From Schizochytrium sp. TIO01 (Eukaryota; Protista; Bigyra: Labyrinthulomycetes), in the NCBI GenBank assembly GCA_004764695.1, contig SMSO01000031.1:9406761-9470760 (forward strand): a stretch of 64,000 bases of DNA, in the 5' to 3' direction. Each line of letters starts with the position of its first letter. The stretch's first letter is position 1. The notes under the pieces are model-generated. The model made no database searches and had not been told where the DNA came from. It worked only from the letters and a program-made list of their open reading frames with translations. The position numbers and the translations under genes were made by a program. Shown here one piece after another: positions 62,564-64,000 of the stretch.

Positions 62564-64000
62564 TGCGCCATCCTAGTAATACAGCTGCAAGACCTGCTAA
62601 TGCACTTTGTAGGACTTTCACCGCATTTGTTTATTCTGCAAATAATTCGGTCATCAAAACAATGGCAAGTGAAGTCAATACAGACAGGCTATTATCGCTA
62701 GTTTCCGAGGATTCGAATAACTGTGTGCTTGTATGTTTAGCACCTTAATAGTGTCCAACTTCTATTCGTAATTTCAGCAAATATAATGTCATTGGATCAA
62801 TATCTTCGTATCTTATTTTTTTATGTTTTCCCCAAATTAGCTTTTACTGCGCTGGACATGTGTTATCTGATATTGCGCCTGTGATAAAATTTGAAGCACT
62901 ACCAAGGCGAAAATGAAGAATTGTGTACACCATGGTATCACAATCGATACGTGTACACTCCATGAGCTCGTAGTTCGAGCCGCCACAAAGGATCGAATTC
63001 TACATCGAGAAATTTTACGCCCACACAAGAAATCCAAGCTACCAAAATGGTCTTACGCAGCCTAAAGGGCTTGGTCGAACAGAACGAATGAAGCAAGGCT
63101 ACAAGTCAAAGCAAGGACTATATAGGTTTAATTCTTCCTGTCGCGAGATGTACTGAGTGTGGTGATCTAAGACAAAGATTGCTATTGTACAAGTACATGA
63201 GAACATGATTACCATCAGTGTAGGGTCTTTGCAGACTTCGAAGAGACCGAGCTAAGTTGTAAGTAGGGTGTGAGGATTCAACATGTAGAAATCACACCAC
63301 CCCCATTCTTTCATTGAAGTCTCTGTGCTTTTAAAAGGCGAGATTCTTGGAAGTTCGTCGTCGCATCGCATCTCAGTATATTACCCATCAAAATTCATTA
63401 CAACAAACACAAGTACATAAATATATATATATATTTATTAATCCAGTTCATCTATACTTGACTCAATAGTACCCCTGCGACCCATTACCTGATGATTAGG
63501 CTTAAAATGGTAATCTTAGCGAATTTCATATTGCTGGTGCTTGCTTTGGTATAATGAATTTTATGTAGTATCACTCGGCAAACAGGATCTAATCTAGATT
63601 TTTGCTGTAAGCATGCTTTACCTCTACTAGTGGTTCCTTCACGACACTTTATATACCTCCCTTGTTTGAACTGGCTTTGTAAATGCGTTTCTTATCAAGT
63701 ATACCCTCTTTGACAGTAGCCTCATTTAACTATATCTCCCTACAAGAGCAATTATGCACTGAAGCTGTACCATTATTTTATTCTTTTAGTTTTAAAGTTA
63801 TTGTCCCACTGCGTTGTTTGGACCTATTACATGCAATTATGCTGCAGTTAAGTTTCAAATTGCACATACCAGTACTGTCTTTTCTGCTAAGAATATTTAT
63901 CTCATTACAGTGAGCCGTAAAGCTGACACCTTTTCTGCAAGCCTACTTCTAGTTAAATAACTTCACTTAAATGGTTTTTCAGAAATGAGTATACCTTACA

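Noticed and set aside
62563-64000. Short ORFs after the MFS gene
   Set aside because: No motifs, codon bias or consistent frame; treated as intergenic.

Overview
Eukaryotic, intron-poor genomic DNA rich in tetranucleotide microsatellites. Its style suggests a thraustochytrid/labyrinthulomycete stramenopile, but that is inference only. Left end (1-9.8 kb): a head-to-head pair of paralogous ShKT-like Cys-repeat membrane/secreted protein genes (one missed by the ORF track, one split by a 1-nt frameshift), a DYRKP-type kinase, a YfiM/VanZ-like small membrane protein and a bZIP factor. A second, clearly paralogous bZIP factor lies at 45-47 kb. Both carry bZIP + second zipper + a shared ~270-aa domain with a START/helix-grip-like pattern. 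Upstream of the first bZIP is ~32 kb (9.8-41.6 kb) with no recognisable protein gene. It is a mosaic of AT-rich spacers, microsatellites, TpA-rich (CTAG/CTAA/CCTA) patches, GC-rich hairpin cores (including a perfect 17-bp stem at 40.15-40.24 kb), a thrice-repeated AAAATGGCGCA motif, splice-site-like signals and a few short ORFs with coding-like codon bias. Also present: a decayed ~800-codon gene of unknown family (41.6-44.1 kb), other coding relics, a degenerate Ty1/copia pol, a fragmented gene ending in a Ulp1/C48 protease motif, and an intact spinster-like MFS transporter. No rRNA, canonical tRNA or CRISPR array was seen.
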